A stretch of DNA of 64,000 nucleotides from Eimeria praecox (lineage: Eukaryota): positions 5,332,001 through 5,396,000 of the forward strand of contig OY986949.1 in the NCBI GenBank assembly GCA_963920595.1, given 5' to 3'. The notes under the pieces are model-generated. The model did no database searches. It had not been told where the DNA came from and saw nothing but the letters and a program-made list of their open reading frames with translations. The translations under genes and the position numbers were made by a program. This document shows positions 40,821-58,497 of this stretch, one piece after another (the first letter of the stretch is position 1; each line of letters begins with the position of its first letter).

Positions 40821-43619
40821 GCAGCTGCTCTTCGGCAACTTCGCCCTACGTGCTTTCATACCCTCATAACAGCTGTAGCAAGATCTGCCGAAGGTCAGTA
40901 AATATAACCATTCTGTTGCGTATGCTGGTTACTGAAGATAAAGCACTAGTTTAAGAATTCTTCACTCTGTTAGTGCGTGCGTTGTGAGGGGGCTATGCAA
41001 TGCTTGCTTGCATGGCTGCTCTCTTGTAGCAGTTGCATTGCGAAGCCTTACAACCCACGAGAGGGCCATCGTTACCCCAGGATCCTGTTCTGCTGCATAG
41101 GATGCATGGAAACAGCGTGCGCGCCAGCTATACCTTGACGAACTATTATCCCAAGTGTACTGCCCACAAGAGCTCGCGACGGTCCAACGCTAAGGCAGAT
41201 GCCATGATGAACTGTTTCAGCGTAAAAGCCCTGTAGCATTCTGGATTTGTGCCAACGATTTACGCTCATCTGTTTGCTGATTCTCATGCCCTGTCTGCCA
41301 TCGGCGAACCGTAGACACAGAGATGGCGGCATTGAATACACGCACAAGTTGCACTTTCTCGCCATCAGATCAGATCAGCTTTATATGCCAGATCCGCTTG
41401 CCAGCCTGTACCGAGCAGCGATGACAACTTTGAAGAATTAAAACAAACGTGAAAACTTAGGAGTTTGCTTGATGCAAATCTACACGTGCGGCTGTCACCT
41501 CTTTCCCCCGCTCAATTGCGCTGGAGGGACAGGACGTTTCCATGACAGCACTGTTTTATTCTCTAGTGGTGCTGCTAAAAGCCTTGCATGCTCGCTACTG
41601 TAGCTGCTTTCATACGTTTGAATAGCCAAGTTATTTGGTCGTGTTTGTCGCAAAAGAAGCGGATGCACCGCTGACGTCCCGAGTGCCTGATTCACTGGCG
41701 GCTACCGTCTGTTTTCATTTCTTATCTTTTCATTTGCCGCGCTGCCATTTCAGTAGGCACCTACTGTCCACAGGCTCCACGTCTGAGCCGTATTCAAAAT
41801 GGCTTTCTTTCATGTAAGCTTAGCAAAAGCTAGGTTGGTGGAACTGCTGGTGAAATAGTCCATCATTTCTGCGCTTCCTTGAGTTCCACCTTCTCATCCC
41901 TTCCTTCCCTCTCCATGGCCCAGCCAGGCATCGGGGAAATGCATTCCTCCTGGGTATGGCCCTACTGTGAGCCACTGGAGTGGAACCTTCGATTCTACAA
42001 GGGGACTTCGGCTCCCCAAGGGCTGATACCTCTCTATGCAGCGCTCTATCAATAGCATCCCTTGTCTCAAGGCTTATCGCTCTTACCATGGCCTGTGTTC
42101 CTTGGCAGCCTGAGATGAAACGTACATTGCAACGTATCTCCGAGAGATCCCACACCCCCGGATCGCTGCAAAAAGTGGCACTCCTGCAGAAGTATAGCGG
42201 GTGGATTTGTACCAACTCTTCTACTAAACAGAATGGGAGTACCACCAGCACCTAATGCATCTGGTGTACGTTAAGGACGAAACTACAACCTCAAAGAAGC
42301 AAGGAATTCCTTCTCTGAATCCCGCGTCCCGCCGTATTTGGACAGCAGGCAAGTGCGAAGGCATTCCTCCTTTTTAAATTTCACTATGAAGGCATCTCCG
42401 GCTGGATGGGCTCTGAATACTGCCCCCGTTAAAATGGAATGAGTTGGCAGCATTAATCACCATCCCGGTGGGAAGTATACCCTGAATTATATTCATTGTT
42501 CGAGTGGGTATGAGGCACAGCACCGGCTGCAAGCAGCCGGTGCTGCTGCACCAAGCCAACCCTTTTTGCCGATAGGGTTCGCAGGTAGCGCCTACTATAC
42601 GGCTGCTACGCGGTACTACTAGGTATAAAGGCAATCCTCGGCCCTTCTCGAAGGCAGCCACGGGTTGCAGTACACTCAAAATAATTGGTATTAAAGCTCT
42701 CACGAGTCAGGTTATCTTCCCACCAATTTCCAGGTATCCTGGAGACAGCAATGCAAACCGCTGTTGCTGGCGGGCAGGGGCAGCCTCTTGTGAGGTCCAA
42801 CAATCCTGCTGCAACTCTTGCTGCAAGGCAACCCCACATGCAAGCACGCCAATGCCCCCTTTCCTGCATCAACAACAGCCGTGGACAATTCTTCAATGCT
42901 CTCCTGGCCCTAAATAGCCAATCTGCATGCAGGCAAAAGCTCCTTTCCAAGCCCAGCCAAACCCATGCTACAAACTCCACCCGGGTCTGCAGGCATACAA
43001 ACATACACGGTGGACAAAATGCCAGGGGACCCAGAAGTAGCAGACAAGCAGTTTATCACCGCAGAATCCCAAATGCGACTAAAGAGAGAGAGAGCAAATA
43101 CAAACTCGAGCCACCCCATATTCGCACCGCGAAGTCTGAGCAGCGAAGTTGCCACAATGGCCCAGGTAACTTAGGCCCCCTAATGTAGGTGCTGCTGCGG
43201 AGGCTGCCAGTATTGTCTAGTGGGGTAACGAAAACAGCTACTTTGACCAAAGGAGCAGCAGCAACACCGCCAAACTGCACCCTGCCCTTGGCAAATTTTT
43301 TTGAATCGGACTGCACTGCTTGCATGTACATTGCTAGGAGCTTTTAAGCATTAGGAATATTCTTGACCTGAAGCACCCAAACTTCCAGCCCATGAGACGA
43401 AGCCTCTAAACACAGTGATGCATTCTGGTTCTTTTTCTCTTCGCACGGGCAGCATCACCATGCATCCGCACCTCAATCTCGTTACAATACACGTATTTGC
43501 TCCCTAACGAATCTATTCACTTAATTTGTCTCCAGCTATCATACCTACGTGGCTTAAGAACCTGGGGTGAATTTAACTGAACTAAACGCAACTTCATGCG
43601 GACCCCGCCACGCCTCCAG

Positions 43620-43737
43620 TGCAACTTCTCCGCAGTAAAAGCGCAATTTCTGCTCTAGATGCAAATCTAGAATCACATTGCAACTTCTTCGCAGCAAAAG
43701 CGCAATTTCTGCTCTAGGTGCAAATCTACAAGCACAT
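43620..43737. repeat. 59-bp tandem duplication (2 copies, 5 mismatches)
   Basis: tgcaacttctccgcagtaaaagcgcaatttctgctctagatgcaaatctagaatcacat / tgcaacttcttcgcagcaaaagcgcaatttctgctctaggtgcaaatctacaagcacat. Confidence 0.9.
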
Positions 43738-44724
43738 CCCCTCGTGAAGTCCTCAACCGATCTTCTACGAATACCTAGGCGCTGGAAAACAGCCTTTCAC
43801 TCAACTGCTGCGCTAGACTGCACTGTTCTGCAGCGTGTACTACTCCGCCTTAGACTGGTTTCATGCAAATGCGAGCGCCTATTTCTAAACCTACGGGCAT
43901 GCTGATAGTAATTATGGGGCATGCATACATCGGTGGGGTACGCAAGTTGCTGCATGTGTGAAGAAAATTACGAATTAATAGTGGCAACACTACCAAAGTA
44001 GCTTCCGATGTTGTGGCGCCACCACAGACTGCGTATGAAGGCAAACGCAGGGGCCGCATTCCGATGACAATTGCGTGCACTTATGAGCATGCAATCGTAG
44101 AAGCACTTGCACGTACATCTACCCCACAGCACTTACCCCTGCCGGGTAACTGTGGCATGGCCACGCAAATAAACTCAAAGATATCTGTATGCGCTTCTAC
44201 CTCACAGTATTTCTACAAGTCTGCATGCGCAGCTTCCAGCATTCCAAAGCTTAACGCAGCAAGGCTTTCACGGGGTTTACTACGCAGCAGTGCTCCCATG
44301 GCACCCGCCATATCAACTGTTGCTAATGTGGTTGATTCGGCAAGCCTTTTTGCTGCGAGCCGGGCACCGATTCCCCGTGCTGCTGGGTACACAACCTAAT
44401 GTGCGATGTAATGTCACTGCGCTTTTTGCCAGAAGACATATCTACAGCTACCTCCACCCAAAAGAGCGTATGAATAATGTACAACGACTGTGAGCACTGT
44501 GCGTGGAAGGCAGGCGAGCGCCTGCGCATACACTCGCCATGCCAACAACCTCAGACGACTGTCAGCTCCTCCAAAAGAAAACTGACAAAAATGCCTCCAA
44601 TTTTGTGGCATTGTTCTCCGGCAGCCGCCAGCAACAAGCACAAGGCCAAAAGAATGTAATAATGACATAAATTAGCTTTGCTGCGTCATAGGTGCGCATG
44701 CTAATGCAGGTGATGCTGCATTGC

Positions 44725-46346
44725 TCAAAAATCTTCATTCGTAAGCAGCACTCTCTCCCCCAAGTCGTTGACAGCCTGAGGCTCTGGGGGCTCGGGGTCA
44801 TCATTGACGAGGGATCGCCTTAAAGACTCGGCTCGTGCGGCCAGCTCGGCTGCCGCTGCAATCTGCGCAAGCTTAGCCCGTTCTTGCGGTGTATCCCCAG
44901 GAGATGTTGTTGCTGCTGCTGATGCTGCGGTAGTAAGAGGCTCTCGCACGTTGCTGCAGCCGTCACTTTCGCTGCTTCCTGAGTGACCACCTCCTTCGCT
45001 ACTGCGACTGCTCCTGCGGCCCTGAAGTAGTAACGAAAGCAACAACAAGTGGAGGCAGCTTAGAGGTGTACTCCTACGACAACGAGACAGAAACAAGCAA
45101 GAGCGGCAGCAACACCACCAGCAGCAGGTCTCCTTACATGGCTGTTCGCCTCTGGGTCCCTGCAAAGGTTTATGTGCAGCAGCTGCTGCTGCAATGTGGG
45201 AGATTCAAGCGGCACGATGGTTGCCAAGCAATCTTGGGATCGCCCAACTCCAACAATATTCGTTGAAGCGAGCCTGCAGCAATACGCACATGCAAGATCA
45301 CTCAGACAGAAGCATATGCAAGGGCAATGATTTGTATTAGATCTACAGCAGATTCAAACGCTAAACACCAAGTGCAAACAAGCACGCAGGAGGGGCTTGT
45401 TAGTGCTGCATAGATAAGGCCAGGACGCGAACAATAATGTAGGATGAGGTCCAGGCAAAATCAGGCAACCAAAGCGGCCAAAAACTACGAATAAGAGAGA
45501 CAAAACAGAGAGACAGCCGGCCTCCCAGGCCCACTCAAGCATCAGCACATGCCAACTGCCACTCCAGAAGGAAAAGAAGTCAGCACTGCTATAGAAAATG
45601 GCCAAGACGGGCAGAGACAGAACACTGCGAGCAACTCCGGTTGTTCACCTGTCTGCTTCTTCGCATCTTAATGCCACTCCCTCCAGCCTTATCCTTTTCA
45701 GTCTGTCTTCAATCTCCTCCTCAAGAGCCCGAATGCAGAAGAAACGGGCTTCGAGCAGCAACTGCTGCAACAGCCAAGGTTCGTTGCTGCAACAAAGCGA
45801 TCCGTTCCTTAGAAAGTCGAGAATGTACGTGAAGCTATCCCCATTTCTGTCTATGAAAATTTCTCGCGTCTCACCTTGTCTCCAAGGAGGAGACAGACAC
45901 CGCGAAAGGTAATGTGGGCCGAAGTTTCTCAAAGTTGAGTACGTTGTGGCAAAAACGCGACCCCCCACGTTCAGCAGAACTTTGCTGCTCAGAGCTTCAG
46001 CAGGCAGCGCATTCTGAACACAACAGCACCTCCGAGTGCTGCTCCTGTTGCTGCTGTTGCTGTTGTTGCTGCAATCACAGCAGCAACAGCAGCAACAGTG
46101 CGCTCGATGCCGCCCGGCGTTCACACCAGTTGTGGAGGTCTTCTTGCTTTTGCGCATGGAGCTATGGGAGCTGCTTTGCTGGAGTTCCTCATAAAAATAC
46201 TGCTGTTGCTTTTGCTGCTGGTGCTGGCCTTGTGAAGCCTGCTCCGCCGTCGGCTCGTGAGGCGGCCGCAAGAGCGGCTGGGCGAGCTGCTGCTGAAGCA
46301 GCTCCTGCTCGTTAAGCTGCTGATGCGAAGAAAGGTCTGCCCGCAT
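44725..46346 (-). CDS. KCTD-type BTB/POZ (T1) domain protein; 5' end uncertain
   Basis: VLLNVGGRVFATTYSTL...IFIDRNGDSFTYILDFLRNG...LLLEARFFCIRAL is a canonical KCTD BTB. GT donor at ~45648; a likely last exon ends ...ERVLLTNEDF* at 44725. Confidence 0.85.
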
Positions 46347-48009
46347 AGTGGAGGCTTGGAGTTGACGTTTCAGTTGCTGCCTCACCTGCTATTGGTGTTT
46401 CTGCCTCACAACTACGTGGAGCCGATGACGAGCTAGAGACGATAAGAGTCTCAGCAGTAGCTCGGCACCAAAATGGCATGCAAAAGGGAACCCAAGCACC
46501 AAAAGCTCCCGCAGATGAGCCCTTGGATCGCCTAGTCTGTCTGGAAGAGGCCAAGTACTATTAGAAGCTGCCAACGTTATGCAGCGCAGCAGCAGCGCCG
46601 CCGCTGCTGCGCCGCTGCTGCTGTTTGTAGAAGAGAGACACCCGAAGCCTTTTGAAACCCCAGCAGTTAAGGGTGAGACCACTTGGATCTGCGAATTCCC
46701 GTTGCTTCTACTGCCCGTGCTGCATATTTGGTATAGGCCGGCGAGCAGCAACAGCAGCGGCTCGCTGGTGCTGCAGAAGTCTCGCTAGGGCACCTACCCG
46801 CAAGTTTCTGTTACCTCTGGACAGAAAACGTAGAAAACCACAAAATATAATAAATATCGTGGGGAAGCTTCGCTGTCGCTGGTTCTGCAACCCTTGTTGC
46901 AGCTGCCGTCGTTTCACGGCTGTTGCAAATAATGCTGCGGTCCCAGCCCCGCGAGGCGGCTGCAGCTAGGCTGTTGCTACTTCTTCTACCCGTTGAGAGC
47001 GAAACTTATTTAGAATCAGTGAGTATATAGGTATAATGGCACATTTCATCAGGCTAGGGAGGTAGAAGTTGTGGCAACCGCCAAAGAGGCCGTTTTACTG
47101 CATCCAGTTCTCGAGACCGTTGCTGTGGCTGCTGCTGAGGCTGCACCGGCCGCTGCTGCTATTGCTGCCTTCCCACAAACGAGGCAATTAACCATTGGCG
47201 GAGACTTCTGATAATCTGTTTTTTTGTTTTTTATGCTCATATGCACCTCAAGGGATCAAGGAGGACGCGACTTCAGGCGCGACGGCGAAAGAGCGTATGC
47301 GCCCTCCTCGATGCCTCCTGCGTGTCTTCTGTGTTAGCTTGCTGGAAGGACATTTGCACAACCAGGTAATAAGCTGAACTACTATGAGGCCACGGGAAGG
47401 CCGAAGCTAGATGCCTTGGCAGGCTGCTGCAGCTGCTGATGCTCCCAAGCCGCCGCACCAGCAACACCACCAGCAGTATATGACACGGTACAGAGGCCCT
47501 GAGGTTCCTGTTCACCTCAGCAAAATGGCAAGTGCATCACCATCAGGCGCTGTTGGCTGCAACGCCAGTGCTACTCTTCGTAGAGCAGATACACGAGGAA
47601 CACTGTAGCAGCAGTGGCGGCAAGACACCAGAAGCAGGGGGGCCTCAAAAAAGGCTGCAGCATCACAATGATTCATCGCACAGCCCAAGGGGGATATAAG
47701 TTTGGCATATTGGGCAATCCTTTCACAGCGCTTGCACGCAATGCGGAACAGCAGCAACAATGGCGGCAGCAACGACAGCAACAAATGAAGTGGCCCCAAC
47801 AGAAGCAAGGGCGGTTGCTGCTACAACCTCCTCGGCCGCGGCACCAAATCCAGACAAGGAATTCTATTGGCAGCCGCTCCATCAACAGCAGCCGGGGCAA
47901 CGGCCGCGTATGCTGCTCCCGCAGTTGCAGCAGCGATTTGGGGTCTGTTGCAGCTTCAGCGGTTGCTCTCTGTGGCCCCTGCTGCTGCAGCACTGGCTTC
48001 TCAGAGACC

Positions 48010-51000
48010 ATGAGCTCAGTGGTAGCCCGGGGGTATCTGCTTCAGCGGGCATTGAGTAAATCAGCTAATGCTAATTCTCTATTGAACAGAAGCACCAGCG
48101 GCTGTTGCAGTCGCGACTGCAGCAAATGGAGTTGTCACCGGTTGGCTTGGTACAGTACGCAGAGGGGCACTTCTGAGATAACTCACCTCTTAATGCGGCA
48201 GAGCCAGCAGCAACAGCGGCAGCAGCAGGAGAAAAGGAATTTGTGGTGGGATGATGCGGACAAGGAAAGTCAACCGGATTTTTCGGGTGCTGTCCCTTCC
48301 CATGTTGAAGCGCGTCGCACACCTGTGCAGCAGCATCAGCAAGACGGACAAAAGCAACAAGAGCAGAAACAGGCAGAATCTGTAGGGGCAGAAGACCCTC
48401 TGGTTTCGCCCCTTACAACAGCGACTTTTGCAACTACCGCTGCTGCTGCCGATTCTGGATCTGCTCACTTCGCGCTAGAACCAGCGCCACTAGCACGATC
48501 CGAAGCAGCTGCTACTGCATCAGGGGCAGAAGCGGTAGGATTGACGACGGGAGAGGTGTATCTGTTTCTAATGACTACTCCTCTCACTCCAGTAGAACGG
48601 CACATGCTGGTTTCCCTTTGGCGGCGTTTGTCCTCTTTGGATCCCCTTCTCAAGTCACCACAAGGCACATCTGTGGGCCCCCCTCTTGCAGCGCTGCTGG
48701 AAGCTCGGTGGGGCATCCCGGTTTCGTTGCTGTCAGCTGCGCACACTCAACGGTGCTTCCTTCGCTGGCTCTACACTGCACTGCAGCAACACCAGGAGCA
48801 GCTGTACTTACGAGCGCAACAGCAGTCACAGCGGCAGCAACAACAGGAGCACCAGCAGCAGCCACCGGTTTATCATGAAGACAGCCGCTTGAATAGGCTT
48901 CAGGCCGAGGCCTTTAAGGATTTGCTTCAGTCGATGAGAGGCCAGTTCGACCTCCGGGAAGCAGCAGCAGCCAGGATGGTAAAGCAGCAGCCCCAGGAGA
49001 TGCTGCAAGAGTTGCTGCAACAGTGGAAGAGGTCCGGGCGAAGCCTGGAGGAGGGAGACCTGCTTAGCAGCACTTACCGGATGGTGAGTTCTCGGGCCAC
49101 TCCATTTGCTGTAGAGTCCCAGATATGCACTCCAAACTAAGAAGCCACCACTTGCCTCCTTTGGTGGTGTGTCATTGTATGCAGCTTTTAGAAGTCTGTA
49201 CGGCAGTCAACGCGCATCGAGGGCTCCCTAAAGGGGTTCCTGGAACTCTGCCAGACCCCACAGCCTTTCCTCTGCTTCTCCCTGCTGCTGGCCCTTTGCT
49301 TGCTCTCTACCGTATATACCTGGCGAGAAGTGGCATGTCTACTGCCGTCTCGTATAAAAACGTCTTGAAACTTGTGGTGAGTGAAGGGACCTTCTGCTGC
49401 TATCAGGACTGCGGCTTGCTGCTGCTCATGGCTACGGGGCTGAAGCGGATGGCAGGCCTCGCTTTGGAGTGTTTCGGTGTGCGTCTGCCATTCCAGGACC
49501 TGCGAACACCAGAGCTTTGGTTTCCTGCCGCGCGGCAACAGCAACGTCGGGTTTATCTTTCTTTGGGGCCGCCGAACAGTGGCAAGACCCACAGGGCCCT
49601 TGAGGCCCTCTTGGGGGCCCCAAGTGGATGTTACTTGGGCCCGCTCCGTCTCCTGGCCACTGAGGTATACGGCGAGCTACGAAAGAAAGGTGTTAGATGC
49701 TCCCTTATCACGGGGCCTTCAAAGATTATAGACCCAGTGAGGAAACACCCAGCCGTGTTCCCTCTGCATTGGGGGTCCGGGCTTGAGGCTCTTTATGGTA
49801 TTCTTCCGTTGGGGTCGCCAGCCAGAGCTTGCCTGCGGCTGCATTGGGACGCAGCTCGGCTGTTAGTGCAGTTTCTGCCCTTTTCCCGGCTGCTTACCTA
49901 TGCTGCTATTACAGGAAGCGACTCACGTATGCAGCACAGTAGAGGCTGCCCCTCTAGACAAAGACTTTTCCGTTGGGGTGATCGACGAGGTGCAGCTCAT
50001 GGGCGACCCGCAGAGAGGTCCCGCGTGGACCCGAGCGTTCTTAGGCCTCAGAGTACTGCTGCAGCTGCTTGCACTGCCGGTGTTTATGCTTGTGGCACTG
50101 CTGCTTTTGCTCAAGTTGCTGGTATTCCGTCAGGCTGCAGCCGCAGTCGCCTGAGTGCAAATTTCTGTTTCCTGCTGGTGGTGCTGTTGCAGCTAATCCC
50201 GTTGCTTTGGTTCCGAATGCTCAGCTGGGGCTGCTAGGATATTTGCTGATGCTCCAACTATTGTTATTGTTACTGCAGGTAAAGGAGCTTCATGTGTGTG
50301 GGGAGGAGGGGGCGGAGCCTTTGGTGGAGAGTCTGCTGCTGCAATGCGGAGACATCGTCGTCGGCAAGGACAAAAAGGCCTCCCTGGCCAGCGTCAAGGT
50401 GAGGCTGCTTAAAGAGGGAGAGCAGGGACAGGCTGTCGCAGTGGTCTATCGGAAGCAGGCGGGAGAGAATGAGAAAGAGGGGGAGGACGAGGGCTGCAGG
50501 CAGAAATTCTAGACAGCGAAGAGGAATTGTAGTCGAAGCGGAAGTCTTGGAAAGTGCCGTGGCAGACGGAGACTGACACAAAGAGTAACACTTGCACAGG
50601 AACCCGGAGCGCGACAAAACAAAGACAGGGACAGGCAGGGAAACACAAAAACAGGTTATGGCGCAGTGGCGCGTGCTTCTCTGGTGCAGGTAGAAACAGA
50701 GGCACTTCCCGCTGATTGGGTTGCTGCTCTTCAACCGGGGGACTGTCTCCTTGCCTTTTCTGTAAACGCCTGCTGGAGGCTTAAGGGGCTCCTTTCTTCT
50801 TCGGGTGTACAGGCAGCTTTGCTGTACGGGCATCTGCCACCGGAGGTCAGACTACAGCAAACCAGGTTGTTCAATGAGGCTGTTGCGTTGCATGCACCCG
50901 TGCAGCAGCAGCAACCAGTGCATGATCAGCGGGAGCAGCAGCACTCAAGAACTCTATCTCCAGATGAAGCACCTGTCGAATGTGCAGAGGAGGCAGCACC

Positions 51001-52893
51001 ACTGGCGCCAGCACCACCAGCACCACAACCAACAGGAGAAACAGCGGATTTAGCAGACAAAGAAGCAGAAGCTTCGCTCCCTCCTTATTCCGTGCTGATA
51101 GCGACAGACGCCATTGGCCTTGGGGTGAACTTGTCGATTCGCCGGATTATATTTACATCCATGTTTAAGTACGATGGAACCTCGCTAAGGCGACTTGAAG
51201 CCTCTGAGGTGCGACAGTTGGCCTACAGGGCCGGGCGGTTTGGGGGACCCTGGGGCACACAAGGAGGTCTTGTGAGTGCTCTGCATCAAGATCAGCTGGA
51301 TACACTCCGAACCATTCTCGAAGGTGCGAAGCTCTGCTCCCTTAGCTTAGGTCTAGTGCCTGCCGACGTACGATTTGGGCTTAAGCGCTTATGCTTTAAG
51401 GTTTGACATCTGCGGTTCTAGGCTCGAAATTCAGACTCAAGTTCTTAAAGGGAACACCATGTGGGTGTGGGTCTGGGAAACACTGCTTATGCAGCACGAG
51501 CTAAGTATGCAATGTGTACGGCATGCGGCTTGCGATGTAGGACCGGGTATGTCCGCGCCTCCCCTAAAGGCTGCGGCACTCCTGCCGGAGAGTTGGGCCT
51601 TTGAATTGTTTGCACATTTTGCAGCTCAGGACCCCCCAGAGTGCACTGCTGTCTTCATACAGAAGTAAGCTCATATCTCGAAGCCCTAACGCACAACTGA
51701 GATTCAAAGGCGTACAGCTCGAAAAACATTAATTCCTAGATTTATTCCTAGATGATGGATATATTTGCTGCCCTTCATATAGGGCCAAATTGTTGAGGGA
51801 TCTGTTCTCCTTCAAGGGTTGGTGCTTTCTACTGCAGATTCGCCTCTTTGCTGCACACAAGAGTTCCATACTTCATACCAGCTGGGGCTCTTCACAGGGC
51901 TGTTGCCGTGGCAGCCTTGCTGCGAGATGTGCCGCTTCTGCCTGCAGAGCTATATATATTCTGCATGGCACCTGTATCGGTCTCACGCTCCAACCAAGTG
52001 CAGCAGACGGAGCAACAGCAGGAAGGAGCAGACACGAATGCGGCAGATTCAGAAGCTGAGACAGCGTCCTCTGGGCAAGAAGCAGCTGGCGATGTTGCAG
52101 GCGATGAAACTTCGGCGGCAGCAACAGGAGGCACTCCATCAGGTTTAGCAGCAGCTGCACTTGTTGCTGCTGCTAGCATCAGTCTCCCAATGCAGGCTGC
52201 CCTGCGTTCCTTCGCTGTTTCCCTGGCTGCAACTCGCGTGGTGCCGTTGCCGTCTCCATTCCGTGTGGTTCGGAAAGCAAGCAGAGAGCATCAGCAGCAA
52301 CAGCTAGAGCAGAACTTGAGTCTATGGTCTGCAGATGAAGGCCCCTGCTGCCCACATACAGCGGCAGGCGTTGGATATTTCGACGGGGGCGTTATTGGGG
52401 CCTCATCTGATACGGAGGAGACAGAAGCAACCCCAGCAGAGACGATAGAGGCCCTTAGGGCATGGGAAACAATTTACCAGGTATTCGCTGCTGCTGCAGT
52501 TGCGGCACTTTTTATTTTGCTGGAGTTGCTGCAGCATTTTGACTGCTCAGAAGCTATTTCTGCTGGGTGCGTGTGAGGCTTATGGGAGCAGCAATAGCAA
52601 ACGCTGTCAAAACGTAGGTGGAGGGCGTATGAATGTATTTGCAGGTCTTAGACTTGTATTTGTGGCTGGCTGAGAAGCTCCCCACAGCATTCGTCGATGT
52701 GCCGGTGGCATTGACTGGGAGATCCCTTGCAGCTGATGTCATCATGGAGGCCTTACAGAGGGAGAAGCCTCTTCAGGGTTTAGGGGCTCCCGACGAGCTC
52801 CGGCACTCCAGTGGCTCCCGAATGCTGAAGGATTTAAATGCCGTCGGTGGCTTTCGCCCGCAACGGAGCCGTGGGGCCGAACAACATCCTTAG
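48010..52893 (+). CDS. SUV3: SUV3-like mitochondrial ATP-dependent RNA helicase, multi-exon
   Basis: DLRTPELWFP, GPPNSGKT, YLGPLRLLA, CSTVE, IDEVQLMGDPQRGPAWTRAFLG, ELHVCG, GDCLLAFS, LYGHLPPE, VLIATDAIGLGVNLSIRRIIF, QLAYRAGRFG and VLDLYLWLA occur in SUV3 order. The N-terminus MSSVVARGYLLQRALSKS resembles a mitochondrial presequence. Confidence 0.93.
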
Positions 52894-53992
52894 CAGCGTG
52901 CTGCGCACAAGCATGGTACCCGGCCTCTGAATGGCTTTAGAAGCACAGGGAGCCTACTTTGGGGCCTTCTGCGCTTACTGGTGGATGCATGAAAAACAAG
53001 CCCTAATGCATTTTTGTGTGACGGTGTGGAGGCACACTAGTTATAAAATCGAAATGTTCAGTTTAGCGTCAGCCACACTGCTTGCAACTAGATGAGTGAT
53101 TGCGGATACTGACACGCTGCAGTGGCTCAGGCGCGTACTCAACATTGATCGGCAGTAGCGCATGCGTTCTGCCTACTGGTAAGAATAAATAAGAACAAAC
53201 TCACGCATGCAGGCATTTAGTCAGCTGTACAAGGATACGAGAACACAAACTAAACGCCTCGTAAGCCCCAGCAAGAAGATGCGACAATGGAAGTACTTCC
53301 TTCGGTATTTTCTGGAACGCCCAACTCGTCCAGTTGGAGTCGCCCAGCTAACTGTGGGATTCTATACAGCACAAGCGTCTGCAGATGATCAGATTACGAG
53401 CCTCTGGACCAACTGAAAGCACGGATACATTGGTGCGTAGCGTTGCACGCAAGTAGGCGCACGCGTGTTCATGTATACATGTACACGTGCGCGTATTGGT
53501 AGGCAAACGATGCAATGCATGTGTTCACGCAACATGCATCTGCTTACGGGAATGCACATACTCTGGCTCGTATGTACGTTAAGCTATGGACAAATGCATT
53601 GACCTGAACTGGTAGGTAATCATTTGCACATACGCATGCAGCCATGCAGAAATGCAGGCACACGTACGCGCATACACGTCCACCTGCACATGTACATACA
53701 TGCAAGTGAAAGTACAAGCAAATCGTGGCCTGGCCAGATGTTCACTAGTTTATGCGTGCCTTGACACGTTTACCACGCCTTGTATCCTACTGTCACCAGT
53801 ATAACTCTGGGCATAAAGGCACTGGGTTACACTGGGCCGCGGTCTCATACCACCACCACAAACAGCGAAGCGTACCATGAGCCCGGCCGCAGTTAGGAAA
53901 CTGCCAGTTACAGTGTGAGCGATCCACAAGGCAGACAGTCGCCACAGGCGGAAACTGAATGGAGGCATGCACAAAAGCTGCTAAGTTTTCCC

Positions 53993-58497
<4,505 letters not shown>

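Noticed and set aside
43620..43737. CRISPR array
   Set aside because: Two adjacent copies with no spacers, no cas genes, and a eukaryotic context.
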